From Bacteroidota bacterium (GTDB lineage: Bacteria > Bacteroidota > Bacteroidia > NS11-12g > UBA955), in the NCBI GenBank assembly GCA_025354385.1, contig JANXMZ010000061.1, positions 12,440-76,439 of the forward strand: a stretch of DNA of 64,000 bases, written 5' to 3'. Positions 9,757 to 18,116 of the stretch are shown here, piece after piece. Under the pieces are notes generated by a model. It searched no databases, was not told the DNA's origin, and worked only from the letters and a program-made list of their open reading frames with translations. The position numbers were made by a program, and so were the translations under genes. The first letter of the stretch is position 1. Every line of letters starts with the position of its first letter.

Positions 9757-10635
9757 ATGAAAAACAAAATCAATTTAGATACCCTATACCCTCAGGAATT
9801 CGATAATATTTATCGGGAATTAGAAACCTCCACAATAAAGAAACTGAATGAAAAATCCAATTCAACACTGTTTTACAAATTGGAAAAGGTTTTAGAGGAA
9901 GTACAGGAACGGTTACATTTAATCACTATGGTTCGCAAATCAGGAACCGAGTGGGATGCCGATGAATTTACCCGGTATTTGCTGGAAACGCATTTTGACA
10001 ACAATACAACTGAATTTCTGGAAGATCCGATTACCAGCTATATGGAGAAATATTTGGAAGTATTAAAAGACCAATTCAAAAACACAAAACCCTTCATTCC
10101 GCAAAACAGAAAGTTAGATGGGGAGCAAATCGTCAAATTAATTGCCAGACATAAAGCTACGGGTTTATTTTTAAAGCGACTTGGCTCTATAAGAAGGGAG
10201 GATAGCATAGAAATATACCTGAAAAAAATCAGCAGGGAAGGATATACCCCACCTAAGGTTGCAGAAAAATCCAAAAGTGCTAATCTTAGCATAGAATATA
10301 CTGAAAACAGGCAAATATTAGCCATTTACTACATACTGGATAACCTAAAAATCAATAAGAACAGTAAGGTCAATATAGCAAGATTTATTCATCTGTTGGC
10401 TGCGGAGGACATTCCTAAAAACGAGGATGGTAAAGAAATTCTTGACAATTCAAGGATTTATCAAAAAGTCAAAAGTTTATGGGGTAAGAATGAAGACCGT
10501 AAATCAGGGAAAGAACTTTTGTTTCTTAAGCCAATTTTTGAAAATCTCCTAAAATCTGACTCTAATGGCATAAAGGATATACTAAATGCTATTGATAAAG
10601 ATTTAGCAAAATCAAGCATCAAGAAAAACGGATAA
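9757..10635 (+). CDS. Hypothetical protein (mobile-element associated)
   Basis: 292-aa ORF directly upstream of an excisionase-like HTH gene; no recognised catalytic motif. Confidence 0.65.
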   Translation: MKNKINLDTLYPQEFDNIYRELETSTIKKLNEKSNSTLFYKLEKVLEEVQERLHLITMVRKSGTEWDADEFTRYLLETHFDNNTTEFLEDPITSYMEKYLEVLKDQFKNTKPFIPQNRKLDGEQIVKLIARHKATGLFLKRLGSIRREDSIEIYLKKISREGYTPPKVAEKSKSANLSIEYTENRQILAIYYILDNLKINKNSKVNIARFIHLLAAEDIPKNEDGKEILDNSRIYQKVKSLWGKNEDRKSGKELLFLKPIFENLLKSDSNGIKDILNAIDKDLAKSSIKKNG

Positions 10636-10708
10636 TCCGACGTGTATCCGAAAACTAATAAAAACTGATAATTACCGGAATTTTGTATTGTCCAAAACAG
10701 ACAACACA

Positions 10709-11032
10709 ATGAGTCCAATTATTATAACTGACAAAGAAGAATTCCAGGAAATCATCCGCAATTCGGTCCGGGAAGTTTTAAAAGCTGAAAAGCAACCTCA
10801 CCCACAAAAAGAGGAAAAAAAGTATTTAACTGTAACGGAAGCTGCCGAATATACCGGCAATGCAGTGCCAACCATGTATGCATTAAGTGCAGCAAGAAAA
10901 ATTACCAGCTACAAACCCAACAAAAATCTTTTATTCCTGAAAGTAGACCTAGATAAGTACATTCTGCAAGGCAGGCGCAAATCCATACAGGAGATCGAGG
11001 AAGATATAGAAAGGAGGGAAAATAATGGATAA
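10709..11032 (+). CDS. Excisionase-like helix-turn-helix (HTH_17/MerR-type) DNA-binding protein
   Basis: YLTVTEAAEYTGNAVPTMY...LLFLKVDLDKYI; ATG at 10709 preferred over TTG at 10688. Confidence 0.85.
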   Translation: MSPIIITDKEEFQEIIRNSVREVLKAEKQPHPQKEEKKYLTVTEAAEYTGNAVPTMYALSAARKITSYKPNKNLLFLKVDLDKYILQGRRKSIQEIEEDIERRENNG

Positions 11033-11525
11033 TACCAATACCATTTTCTTAAAACCTAAACAATTAATGTTCCTTGAAGAGATCAGCTATCAAGGTGCAA
11101 TTAAAAAAATAGGTACTATAAAAGAAAATTTGTTGCTCTTTTACCCTAATGGTTATGAGCTTTCACACCTTCAATCCAAAACGGAAATAAGCAGCACTAT
11201 TTACGCTAAATACTACGGGATTGATTTAGGTGACCTCCAGGATGCCATAAAAGCAAAACGGCTCCACCTTGTCAAGCCAAGTGATCTGATCTTCCTGGAA
11301 GGCGCTAAAATTATCCAAACGGCTTCTTATCGCTATAAAAAATACCTGCACAAACTGGGTAAGACATTTGACAGTACAAGATTGTCGATAAACGAATATG
11401 CGGGTCTAAATAATATCCCGGTGGATGACCTATTGATTCGGTTTTTGGAGAAGCAAGCCGAAGAATTACTTGAACAAATGGCTTATGAAGCCCAAGCCCC
11501 CCGACCCTGGCAAAAAGGACAATAA
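11025..11525 (+). CDS. Hypothetical protein
   Basis: 166-aa ORF overlapping the HTH gene stop; two weakly similar halves (YAKYYGIDL / YAGLNNIPV). Confidence 0.6.
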   Translation: MDNTNTIFLKPKQLMFLEEISYQGAIKKIGTIKENLLLFYPNGYELSHLQSKTEISSTIYAKYYGIDLGDLQDAIKAKRLHLVKPSDLIFLEGAKIIQTASYRYKKYLHKLGKTFDSTRLSINEYAGLNNIPVDDLLIRFLEKQAEELLEQMAYEAQAPRPWQKGQ

Positions 11526-11676
11526 CTCACCTATGTCTGGTAATCTTACCCTGGGGGATTCATTGTACCCTCCCGTCCCAAAAGTAAAACCAAATATTTT
11601 AACTGATAAAACAATTGTTGAATAATATCCAATAAAACAAATATTTGTTTTCCATACGAACCATCAATGAATAATT

Positions 11677-12513
11677 TTGTTATAAAAACTCCAGGAAAAT
11701 ATAACTTTCTCCAAATTATTTACAATACTTGGGAGTGAAATAAACAATCGTTGCAATTACATAAAACAAAAATTTGTTTGGCGATACTTATCAATTCTCA
11801 GATCTTAAAACCGCACTAATTTCAATACCGAAAATACCATTTGTTATAAATACTCCAAATATTAACGGTGCACCCCATCACCTTCCGGGCGCCTTTGACA
11901 AAGTTCATGGGCTAATAAAGGGTCCTACTGCAACCAACCACCCCCAAAATAATTCCTTAGGAAGAACGACATTTGTTATAAAATCTCCAATAAACTATTA
12001 AAATTCAAAATATGAGGGGGATTTCCACCCCAACTCCTACCGGGACACCCCAAAATAAATTTATGAGGTGAGTGCCACCCTACGCCACCCGTTCAATCAC
12101 TTCACTCCAAAGACAAAAGTGAAGCAAAATGCTATTCCACCTGGCATACACGTACCTCTCTGGACACCCCTAAGGTTGTATAACCCTCATTGCCACAATT
12201 TATTATATAAACTCAGAAAGATTTATAAAAGCTCCAAAAAAAGCAGGGCCTCCAATGGCCCACCTACAGCCACCAGTTTAGGTCGAGAGGTAGGGTTGCT
12301 GAATAATAATACCTTAAAACCCAAACTCAATAGAAGGATGAGGGACAAATTAATCACGCCACCACAGTTGCCATTACACTTGTAGTAATAACGTCATTAT
12401 GTTATAAAAACTCCCAAAAAGTATAACTTACTCCAATTTTTAACTGTATAAATTTGCATCGTTGCAACAAAAGTGCAACGTGTTGCAACAAAAAGCAACT
12501 GTTGTTGCGATGC
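11677..12513. repeat. Dispersed TTGTTATAAAAACTCCA-like direct repeats plus a GTTGCAAC palindrome cluster
   Basis: Copies at 11677, 11841, 11973, 12220 (degenerate) and 12399; GTTGCAAC/GCAAC cluster at 12456-12513. Confidence 0.75.
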
Positions 12514-12524
12514 AAAACCACTTT

Positions 12525-12532
12525 TATCTTTG
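12525..12532 (+). promoter_or_regulatory. Bacteroidota sigma-A -7 element
   Basis: TATCTTTG matches TAnnTTTG, upstream of the HYC_CC_PP gene. Confidence 0.45.
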
Positions 12533-12613
12533 TAATCCCCTGCTCACAATCTTTGTTTAAGTAGCGCATTAAATTTGGCATTTTGTGAAAAAATATGTAT
12601 TTTTCGCCAAAAT

Positions 12614-13012
12614 TTGAAAAAAGTTTGTAGCATATTGCTGGCATTGATGTATATGGTGACCCTTACAGGGTTCAACATGTCAATTCATCAATGTCAGGGT
12701 AAAACAGCCTTTGCTATATTGGGTATGACCTTTAACAAGTCATGTAATTGTTCACATACTGATGTTAAACATGCATCAAAATGTTGCTCCAATAAAAAAA
12801 TTGTCATTGAGAAAAACACCAAGGACAATTTTTTCCAAAAAGATAATATTATTGTTAAGGCTGCTTCATTGGGATTTAACCCTGCTGTTGCTGACTTTAA
12901 ATTTGATTTCAGTGGTGAGAGTAATCATAATGCTCATTTTTATAATGTAAAAGCACCGCCCGATTTGCATTCCAAGCCCTTATTCCTATTACATAGGGTT
13001 ATTCTTATCTGA
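12614..13012 (+). CDS. HYC_CC_PP-type Cys/His/Pro-motif membrane protein (metal-operon leader)
   Basis: Hydrophobic N-terminus, then HQC, CNCSH, KCC and C-terminal KAPP...LFLLHRVILI; in-frame TTG at 12614 gives an MKK-type start. Confidence 0.8.
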   Translation: MKKVCSILLALMYMVTLTGFNMSIHQCQGKTAFAILGMTFNKSCNCSHTDVKHASKCCSNKKIVIEKNTKDNFFQKDNIIVKAASLGFNPAVADFKFDFSGESNHNAHFYNVKAPPDLHSKPLFLLHRVILI

Positions 13013-13041
13013 TTTTATTTTCCTCCGCTTAAATTTTAATT

Positions 13042-13098
13042 TTTGCTGATTTTCTATCAGCAAACTTTTGTTTTTGGCATATTTCCAAAAACAGAGTT
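13042..13098 (+). terminator. Terminator-like hairpin with competing downstream stem
   Basis: TTTGCTGAT-TTTCT-ATCAGCAAA followed by CTTTTGTTTTT; that T-tract can pair with CCAAAAACAGAGTT at 13085-13098. Confidence 0.5.
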
Positions 13099-13172
13099 AA
13101 AAAATAAGTACTTGACCATGCCTTACATGATTTACTCAATTAAATTGAATACAAAACCATCATTAATATAAA

Positions 13173-14057
13173 ATGAAAAAAATAACTTTTACAATAATCG
13201 CTTTGATGTTCGTTATAACGATTTCCAAAGCACAAATTATCCCAAATTCAGGATTTGAAAAATGGACCAGTATGGGGACCTATAACAATCCTGATTCGTG
13301 GACATGCTTAAACAATATGACAGCAAGTGCAAGTACTTATACCTGCGACAAGGGGACACCAGGAAATAGCGGGGCTGGTTACCTGAAACTTACTTCAAAA
13401 ATGGTTGGCTCCAATGTGGTTCCTGGTGTAGCAGTTTGTGGAACAATTAACACTAAAACCTTTCAGGCGGGTTCAGGTTTTCCTTGTACCGGAAGGCCAC
13501 AGAATTTTACAGGCAAATGGCAACACATGATCTACGGTTCAAGCCAGGGGTTTATTGATATATTGCTTACCCGCTGGGATGCCAATTCCAAGAAAAGGAT
13601 TACAGTGGCTTCGGTCCATGAGGTTTTATCAGGTATGGCTATGAGTTGGGCCGGCTTTTCGATTCCACTCACCTACACAGATGGCAACTCACCTGACAGT
13701 TGTATAATAACAATGTCATCCAGTGGCTCCACCCCTACTAATGGTGATTATTTATGGGTGGATAACCTCGCCTTCACAGGTAGTGTCGCTGGAGTTTCTA
13801 AAAATTATTTTAGTGAAAATATTAGTTTATTTCCAAATCCTTCTTTATCCAATTTGTCGATTGATTTATCTGTTTTAAAAGATCAAAAAGTATCAATACA
13901 GGTAATTGATATGGAAGGGAAGTTAGTGTTAAAAGTTGATGAAATTATAGTATCAAAAGTAATTACACTTGATGTAAGTAGTTTATCTAAAGGGAATTAT
14001 ATATTAAATATAATTTCAAATGACGGTACTATTACAAAAAAAATTATAAAAGAATAA
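13173..14057 (+). CDS. T9SS type A CTD protein (PCMD/carbohydrate-binding-like domain)
   Basis: Signal peptide, IPNSGFEKW...LWVDNLAF, CTD LFPNP...LSKGNYIL...KKIIKE. Confidence 0.85.
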   Translation: MKKITFTIIALMFVITISKAQIIPNSGFEKWTSMGTYNNPDSWTCLNNMTASASTYTCDKGTPGNSGAGYLKLTSKMVGSNVVPGVAVCGTINTKTFQAGSGFPCTGRPQNFTGKWQHMIYGSSQGFIDILLTRWDANSKKRITVASVHEVLSGMAMSWAGFSIPLTYTDGNSPDSCIITMSSSGSTPTNGDYLWVDNLAFTGSVAGVSKNYFSENISLFPNPSLSNLSIDLSVLKDQKVSIQVIDMEGKLVLKVDEIIVSKVITLDVSSLSKGNYILNIISNDGTITKKIIKE

Positions 14058-14063
14058 AATCAA

Positions 14064-14846
14064 ATGAGAAAGCCAATTTACTTATTTATCGCCTTGATGT
14101 TCGTTATAACGATTTCCAAAGCGCAAACTACAGCCATGAATTTCATCAAAAAGGACTGTAACGGTACAATGCACAATCTATTTGCAGACCTTGATGCAGG
14201 TAATGCTGTGTTAATTCACTTCTTCATGCCGAATTGTGGCTCATGCCCTCCACCGGCCCAAAAAATACAGAAAATGGCCAATAATATGATGGGGAAATAT
14301 CCCGGAAAAATTAAAGCTTATGCTATTCCGTATAATAATTCTACAACGTGTAGCTATGCATCTACCTGGGTTAGTTCAAATGGCCTGTCTCTTTACACCG
14401 CATTAGATAGTGGTGCTGCGCAGGTATCCTATTATGGTGGTTTTGGTATGCCTACAGTTGTAATGTTGGGCGGTACTGACCATAAAGTATTGTTTTCTAC
14501 CCTCAGTTTTTCAACCAGTGATACAACAATTATGAGGAATGCGCTAAACACTTTTTTCAGCACATCAGTTATTAATGATGTTAAAAATATTGTTTCTACA
14601 TTCAATGTATTCCCAAATCCTGCAAATGAGAAAATAACAATCACCATAGATTTGAAACAATCGTCTACCCTAATGATTGATATTATTGATATTGCAGGAA
14701 AACAGGTTGCTTTGGTGATGAATGAGAAACAAACAGGAATCCTGACAAAAGAATTCAATATTTCAGCATTGCCAAGCGGTAATTATCTGGTTCGATTGCA
14801 GGTCAATGGAAAAAGCGTTACCCAAAAACTAGACATTGTCCGTTAA
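14064..14846 (+). CDS. T9SS CTD protein with thioredoxin-like CxxC domain
   Basis: IHFFMPNCGSCPPP, GFGMPTVV (cis-Pro loop), CTD VFPNP...GNYLVRL...QKL. Confidence 0.82.
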   Translation: MRKPIYLFIALMFVITISKAQTTAMNFIKKDCNGTMHNLFADLDAGNAVLIHFFMPNCGSCPPPAQKIQKMANNMMGKYPGKIKAYAIPYNNSTTCSYASTWVSSNGLSLYTALDSGAAQVSYYGGFGMPTVVMLGGTDHKVLFSTLSFSTSDTTIMRNALNTFFSTSVINDVKNIVSTFNVFPNPANEKITITIDLKQSSTLMIDIIDIAGKQVALVMNEKQTGILTKEFNISALPSGNYLVRLQVNGKSVTQKLDIVR

Positions 14847-14864
14847 ATTTAACAAATAAGAAAT

Positions 14865-15701
14865 ATGCAAAAGCTCATTTTTTCTGCTTTATCTTTACTG
14901 CTGGTAATTATATTACTTGAGTCATTTGCACCGTTGGAAATCCTGAAAAAGGATGGTGCCGCACCCGGGTACACCGGTTCACCCGGGGATAGTTTAAAAA
15001 ACTGTACTGCCTGCCATGGTGGAAATGCTGAATCAGTGCCCGACTGGGTGACTTCCAACATCCCCATTGAAGGCTATACCCCCGGTAAAACTTATACTAT
15101 AACGGCCACAAACAATGAAGGCGGGGCAACAAGATTTGGATTTGAAGTTTCGCCACAAAATGCAAAAGGAGATTTACTTGGAACAATGGTAGTAACAGAT
15201 GCCATAAAGACAAAATTAGTGGGGACTAATAAGTACATAACTTACACTGAAAATGGGGTTGAAAGCACAAATTTTATGGCATGGTCTTTTGACTGGGTTG
15301 CACCACCTTCAGGTACCGGAGATGTGACCTTCTACGGGGCATTCAATTCTAATTTTGACGGTCATAAATCTGGCGATAAAACCTTCCTTTCTACCTTACA
15401 GGTTTCTGAAAAAGGCACCTCAGGGTTAAAAAACAGTACTGCAAATCCAACTAATTTTAAAATTTACCCCAATTCTACAAGTGATATTGTAAATATAAGT
15501 TTAAATATAAAGGGTAAAGCTAATATAAAGGTGGATATAATTGATTTAACAGGAAAGCAAGTCGCAACAATTATTAATGGCGGTAATGATGGAATGGTAT
15601 TAAAGCAATTTAGTACTGCCGGTTTGCTAAGCGGTAATTATTTGGTTCGCCTGTTGGTGGATGGAAAAGCTGCAACAGAAAAATTAACTGTCAATCATTA
15701 A
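14865..15701 (+). CDS. T9SS CTD protein, Reeler-like (choice-of-anchor V type) domain with CxxCH
   Basis: GYTGSPGD...CTACHGG, GYTPGKTYTIT, RFGFE, WSFDWVAP, then CTD. Confidence 0.82.
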   Translation: MQKLIFSALSLLLVIILLESFAPLEILKKDGAAPGYTGSPGDSLKNCTACHGGNAESVPDWVTSNIPIEGYTPGKTYTITATNNEGGATRFGFEVSPQNAKGDLLGTMVVTDAIKTKLVGTNKYITYTENGVESTNFMAWSFDWVAPPSGTGDVTFYGAFNSNFDGHKSGDKTFLSTLQVSEKGTSGLKNSTANPTNFKIYPNSTSDIVNISLNIKGKANIKVDIIDLTGKQVATIINGGNDGMVLKQFSTAGLLSGNYLVRLLVDGKAATEKLTVNH

Positions 15702-15702
15702 A

Positions 15703-16398
15703 ATGACCTCGTTCAAAAAATTGATCTTATTGGTAACGTTACTTTTGGTGTTTATGGGTATGTCTTTGGGCCAGACATTTTCAAATACCCCAAATGACAG
15801 TATCCAGATGACAGGAATGATGGAGGACTTAGAAACACTTTCCATTCAGCAACTCAATACATCTTCCAAGACCATCACCTTGAAATGGCTTGAAATAAAG
15901 GAGGCAGTTCCTGCAAACTGGGAAGCATCGGTATGTGATAACCAGATTTGCAATACCTCTCTGGTGGATAGCGGAACTATGAATCCTGTTAGTCCTGGTG
16001 AGTATGGGTTGATCCTGTTGCATATTACACCACATGTAAATTACGGCACAGCCACTGTCCGTTATATTGTATGGGATATAGCTAATCCTGGCCTGAAAGA
16101 TACACTTACGTACATTCTATATGTAAACGCAACATCCGGAATCCTGCAAAGTAAAACCAACAATGTTCTGAATATATACCCCAACCCAGTAAAGGATAAC
16201 CTCAATATTATTACAAATCTGTCATCAGTTTTTATTTTTACAGTAACAGATGAATTGGGCAGGGAAATAGTAAAAGGGATGTCTGAAACAAATTCAATCT
16301 GTGTTTCTACAGAAAATTTTGCTTCAGGAATTTACAATGTTTCAATCTATGATAGGGGTGCAATGATAACCAGCAGAAAAATCCTTATACAACCATAG
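15703..16398 (+). CDS. T9SS CTD protein, Ig-like domain
   Basis: Signal peptide, WEASVCDNQIC, CTD IYPNP...GIYNV...RKILI. Confidence 0.82.
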   Translation: MTSFKKLILLVTLLLVFMGMSLGQTFSNTPNDSIQMTGMMEDLETLSIQQLNTSSKTITLKWLEIKEAVPANWEASVCDNQICNTSLVDSGTMNPVSPGEYGLILLHITPHVNYGTATVRYIVWDIANPGLKDTLTYILYVNATSGILQSKTNNVLNIYPNPVKDNLNIITNLSSVFIFTVTDELGREIVKGMSETNSICVSTENFASGIYNVSIYDRGAMITSRKILIQP

Positions 16399-16400
16399 TT

Positions 16401-18116
16401 ATGAGACTTACTGCTTTCATTTTTTTATTTAGCCGGGGGTTGCTGTCCATTGCACAAAATCAATTGGCAATTCCCCCTGTACTGGTGGGTAAAACTTTTA
16501 ATCTGAATGTTCAAAGCGGGACCCAAACTTTTTATGGCAGCAAAGCAACACCCACCTATGGAATTAACGGGGTTTGGATGTCACCGACCATTATAGTCAA
16601 CAAATGGGATAGCATCACTTTGAATGTTAAAAATAATTTAAATGTAAAGACAACAATGCACTGGCATGGTCTGCATGTAGCCCCTCAAAATGATGGTGGC
16701 CCTCATCAGATAATAAACCCTTCCAATACATGGAGCCCTTCATTCAAAATAAGGAACAATGCTTCTACTTTCTGGTATCACCCTCATGGAGCCGGCCAAA
16801 CCGACCCTCAGGTTTCAAAAGGGCTGGCAGGTTTATTGATTGTAAAAGATAGTGCAGAAGCAGCACTCGCACTCCCAAGAACTTACGGAATTGATGATAT
16901 TCCAATTATTGTTCAAAGCAAAGCGTTTGATGATTTGCAACAAATTGCAATTGCCACTGAAATGGATACGGCTTTGTTTGTAAACGGAACCCTTCATCCT
17001 TACTTTAATGCACCTTCTCAGGTCGTTCGTTTTAGATTATTGAACGGCAGTAGTTTAAGGACCTATGATTTTGGATTTTCAAATGGACAAATATTTTACC
17101 AGATAGCCACAGACGGGGGTCTGTTAGACACACCAATTATTATGACAAGATTGGTGTTAAGCCCGGGTGAAAGAGCGGAAATACTGTTGAATTTTTCAGG
17201 ATTATCCGGACAAACCGTTTTTCTTAAAAGTTTTAGTTCTGAATTAAAAAATGGTATTTATGGCTCTAAAAATGTTGGTATTAATAACGATACAATAGAA
17301 GGGTACAATGAAAATTTTTTAAACAGGAAGGATTTTAACCTGTTAAAGATAAATATAATTACTGCTCTGCCCGGGGCAATTACGAAGGTTCCGGTTGCAT
17401 TAATTCCTTACGAACCCTACAATAGTATTTCTGCTACAAAATACAGAAGGATTGTAATGGATACTATCAGGTTGCTTCCAATTGATCCTCCAAGTCGTGC
17501 AGACGGGCCTTTTGGTTTAAACAATAAAACCTTTGATATGGACAGTATCAATGAAATAGTTGGCCTGAATACAACAGAAATCTGGACTCTGGTAAATAAA
17601 ACCCTGGTGGCGCACCCTTTCCATATTCACGATGTGCAGTTTAATATAGTTGAAAAGGGTGGAAAACCTCCCCAGCAATCAGATAGGGGATGGAAAGATG
17701 TGGTATTGGTAATGCCGGGTGATAGTGTAAAATTCATTACAAGGTTTGAAACATTTTCAAACGCCATGGTTCCATATATGTATCACTGCCATTTGCTCCA
17801 TCATGAGGATGACGGAATGATGGGAAGTTTTTTGGTAATAGATAAAACTGCTTCTATAACCAAAGCATATAATTCCTTTAACCGGATAGATGTTTATCCA
17901 AATCCGGCAATGGATCAAATCACTTTACAATTTAAAAGTGAAGTGCAATCGGGAGAAATAACAATATTGAATGTTTTAGGTGAAGTTATTACATCGCAGG
18001 AAGTAAATAATAAAACAAATATAACAATGGATGTTTCAGGACTATATGGTGGATTATATATTATCCGGATAAAATCAAACGATCAACTTTATACCCAAAA
18101 AATAATTAAACAATGA
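16401..18116 (+). CDS. Multicopper oxidase (CueO/laccase-like) with T9SS CTD
   Basis: All four Cu motifs present: HWHG, WYHPH, HPFHIH, HCHLLHHEDDGMM; CTD VYPNP...GLYIIRI...QKIIKQ. Confidence 0.95.
   Translation: MRLTAFIFLFSRGLLSIAQNQLAIPPVLVGKTFNLNVQSGTQTFYGSKATPTYGINGVWMSPTIIVNKWDSITLNVKNNLNVKTTMHWHGLHVAPQNDGGPHQIINPSNTWSPSFKIRNNASTFWYHPHGAGQTDPQVSKGLAGLLIVKDSAEAALALPRTYGIDDIPIIVQSKAFDDLQQIAIATEMDTALFVNGTLHPYFNAPSQVVRFRLLNGSSLRTYDFGFSNGQIFYQIATDGGLLDTPIIMTRLVLSPGERAEILLNFSGLSGQTVFLKSFSSELKNGIYGSKNVGINNDTIEGYNENFLNRKDFNLLKINIITALPGAITKVPVALIPYEPYNSISATKYRRIVMDTIRLLPIDPPSRADGPFGLNNKTFDMDSINEIVGLNTTEIWTLVNKTLVAHPFHIHDVQFNIVEKGGKPPQQSDRGWKDVVLVMPGDSVKFITRFETFSNAMVPYMYHCHLLHHEDDGMMGSFLVIDKTASITKAYNSFNRIDVYPNPAMDQITLQFKSEVQSGEITILNVLGEVITSQEVNNKTNITMDVSGLYGGLYIIRIKSNDQLYTQKIIKQ

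Noticed and set aside
11677-12415. CRISPR array, or ORFs 11774..12001, 12068..12385 and 12402..12644 as genes
   Set aside because: Repeat spacing is long and irregular. The ORFs lack ATG-type starts with family motifs and their Pro/Thr/Asn-rich translations reflect the C-rich repeat DNA.
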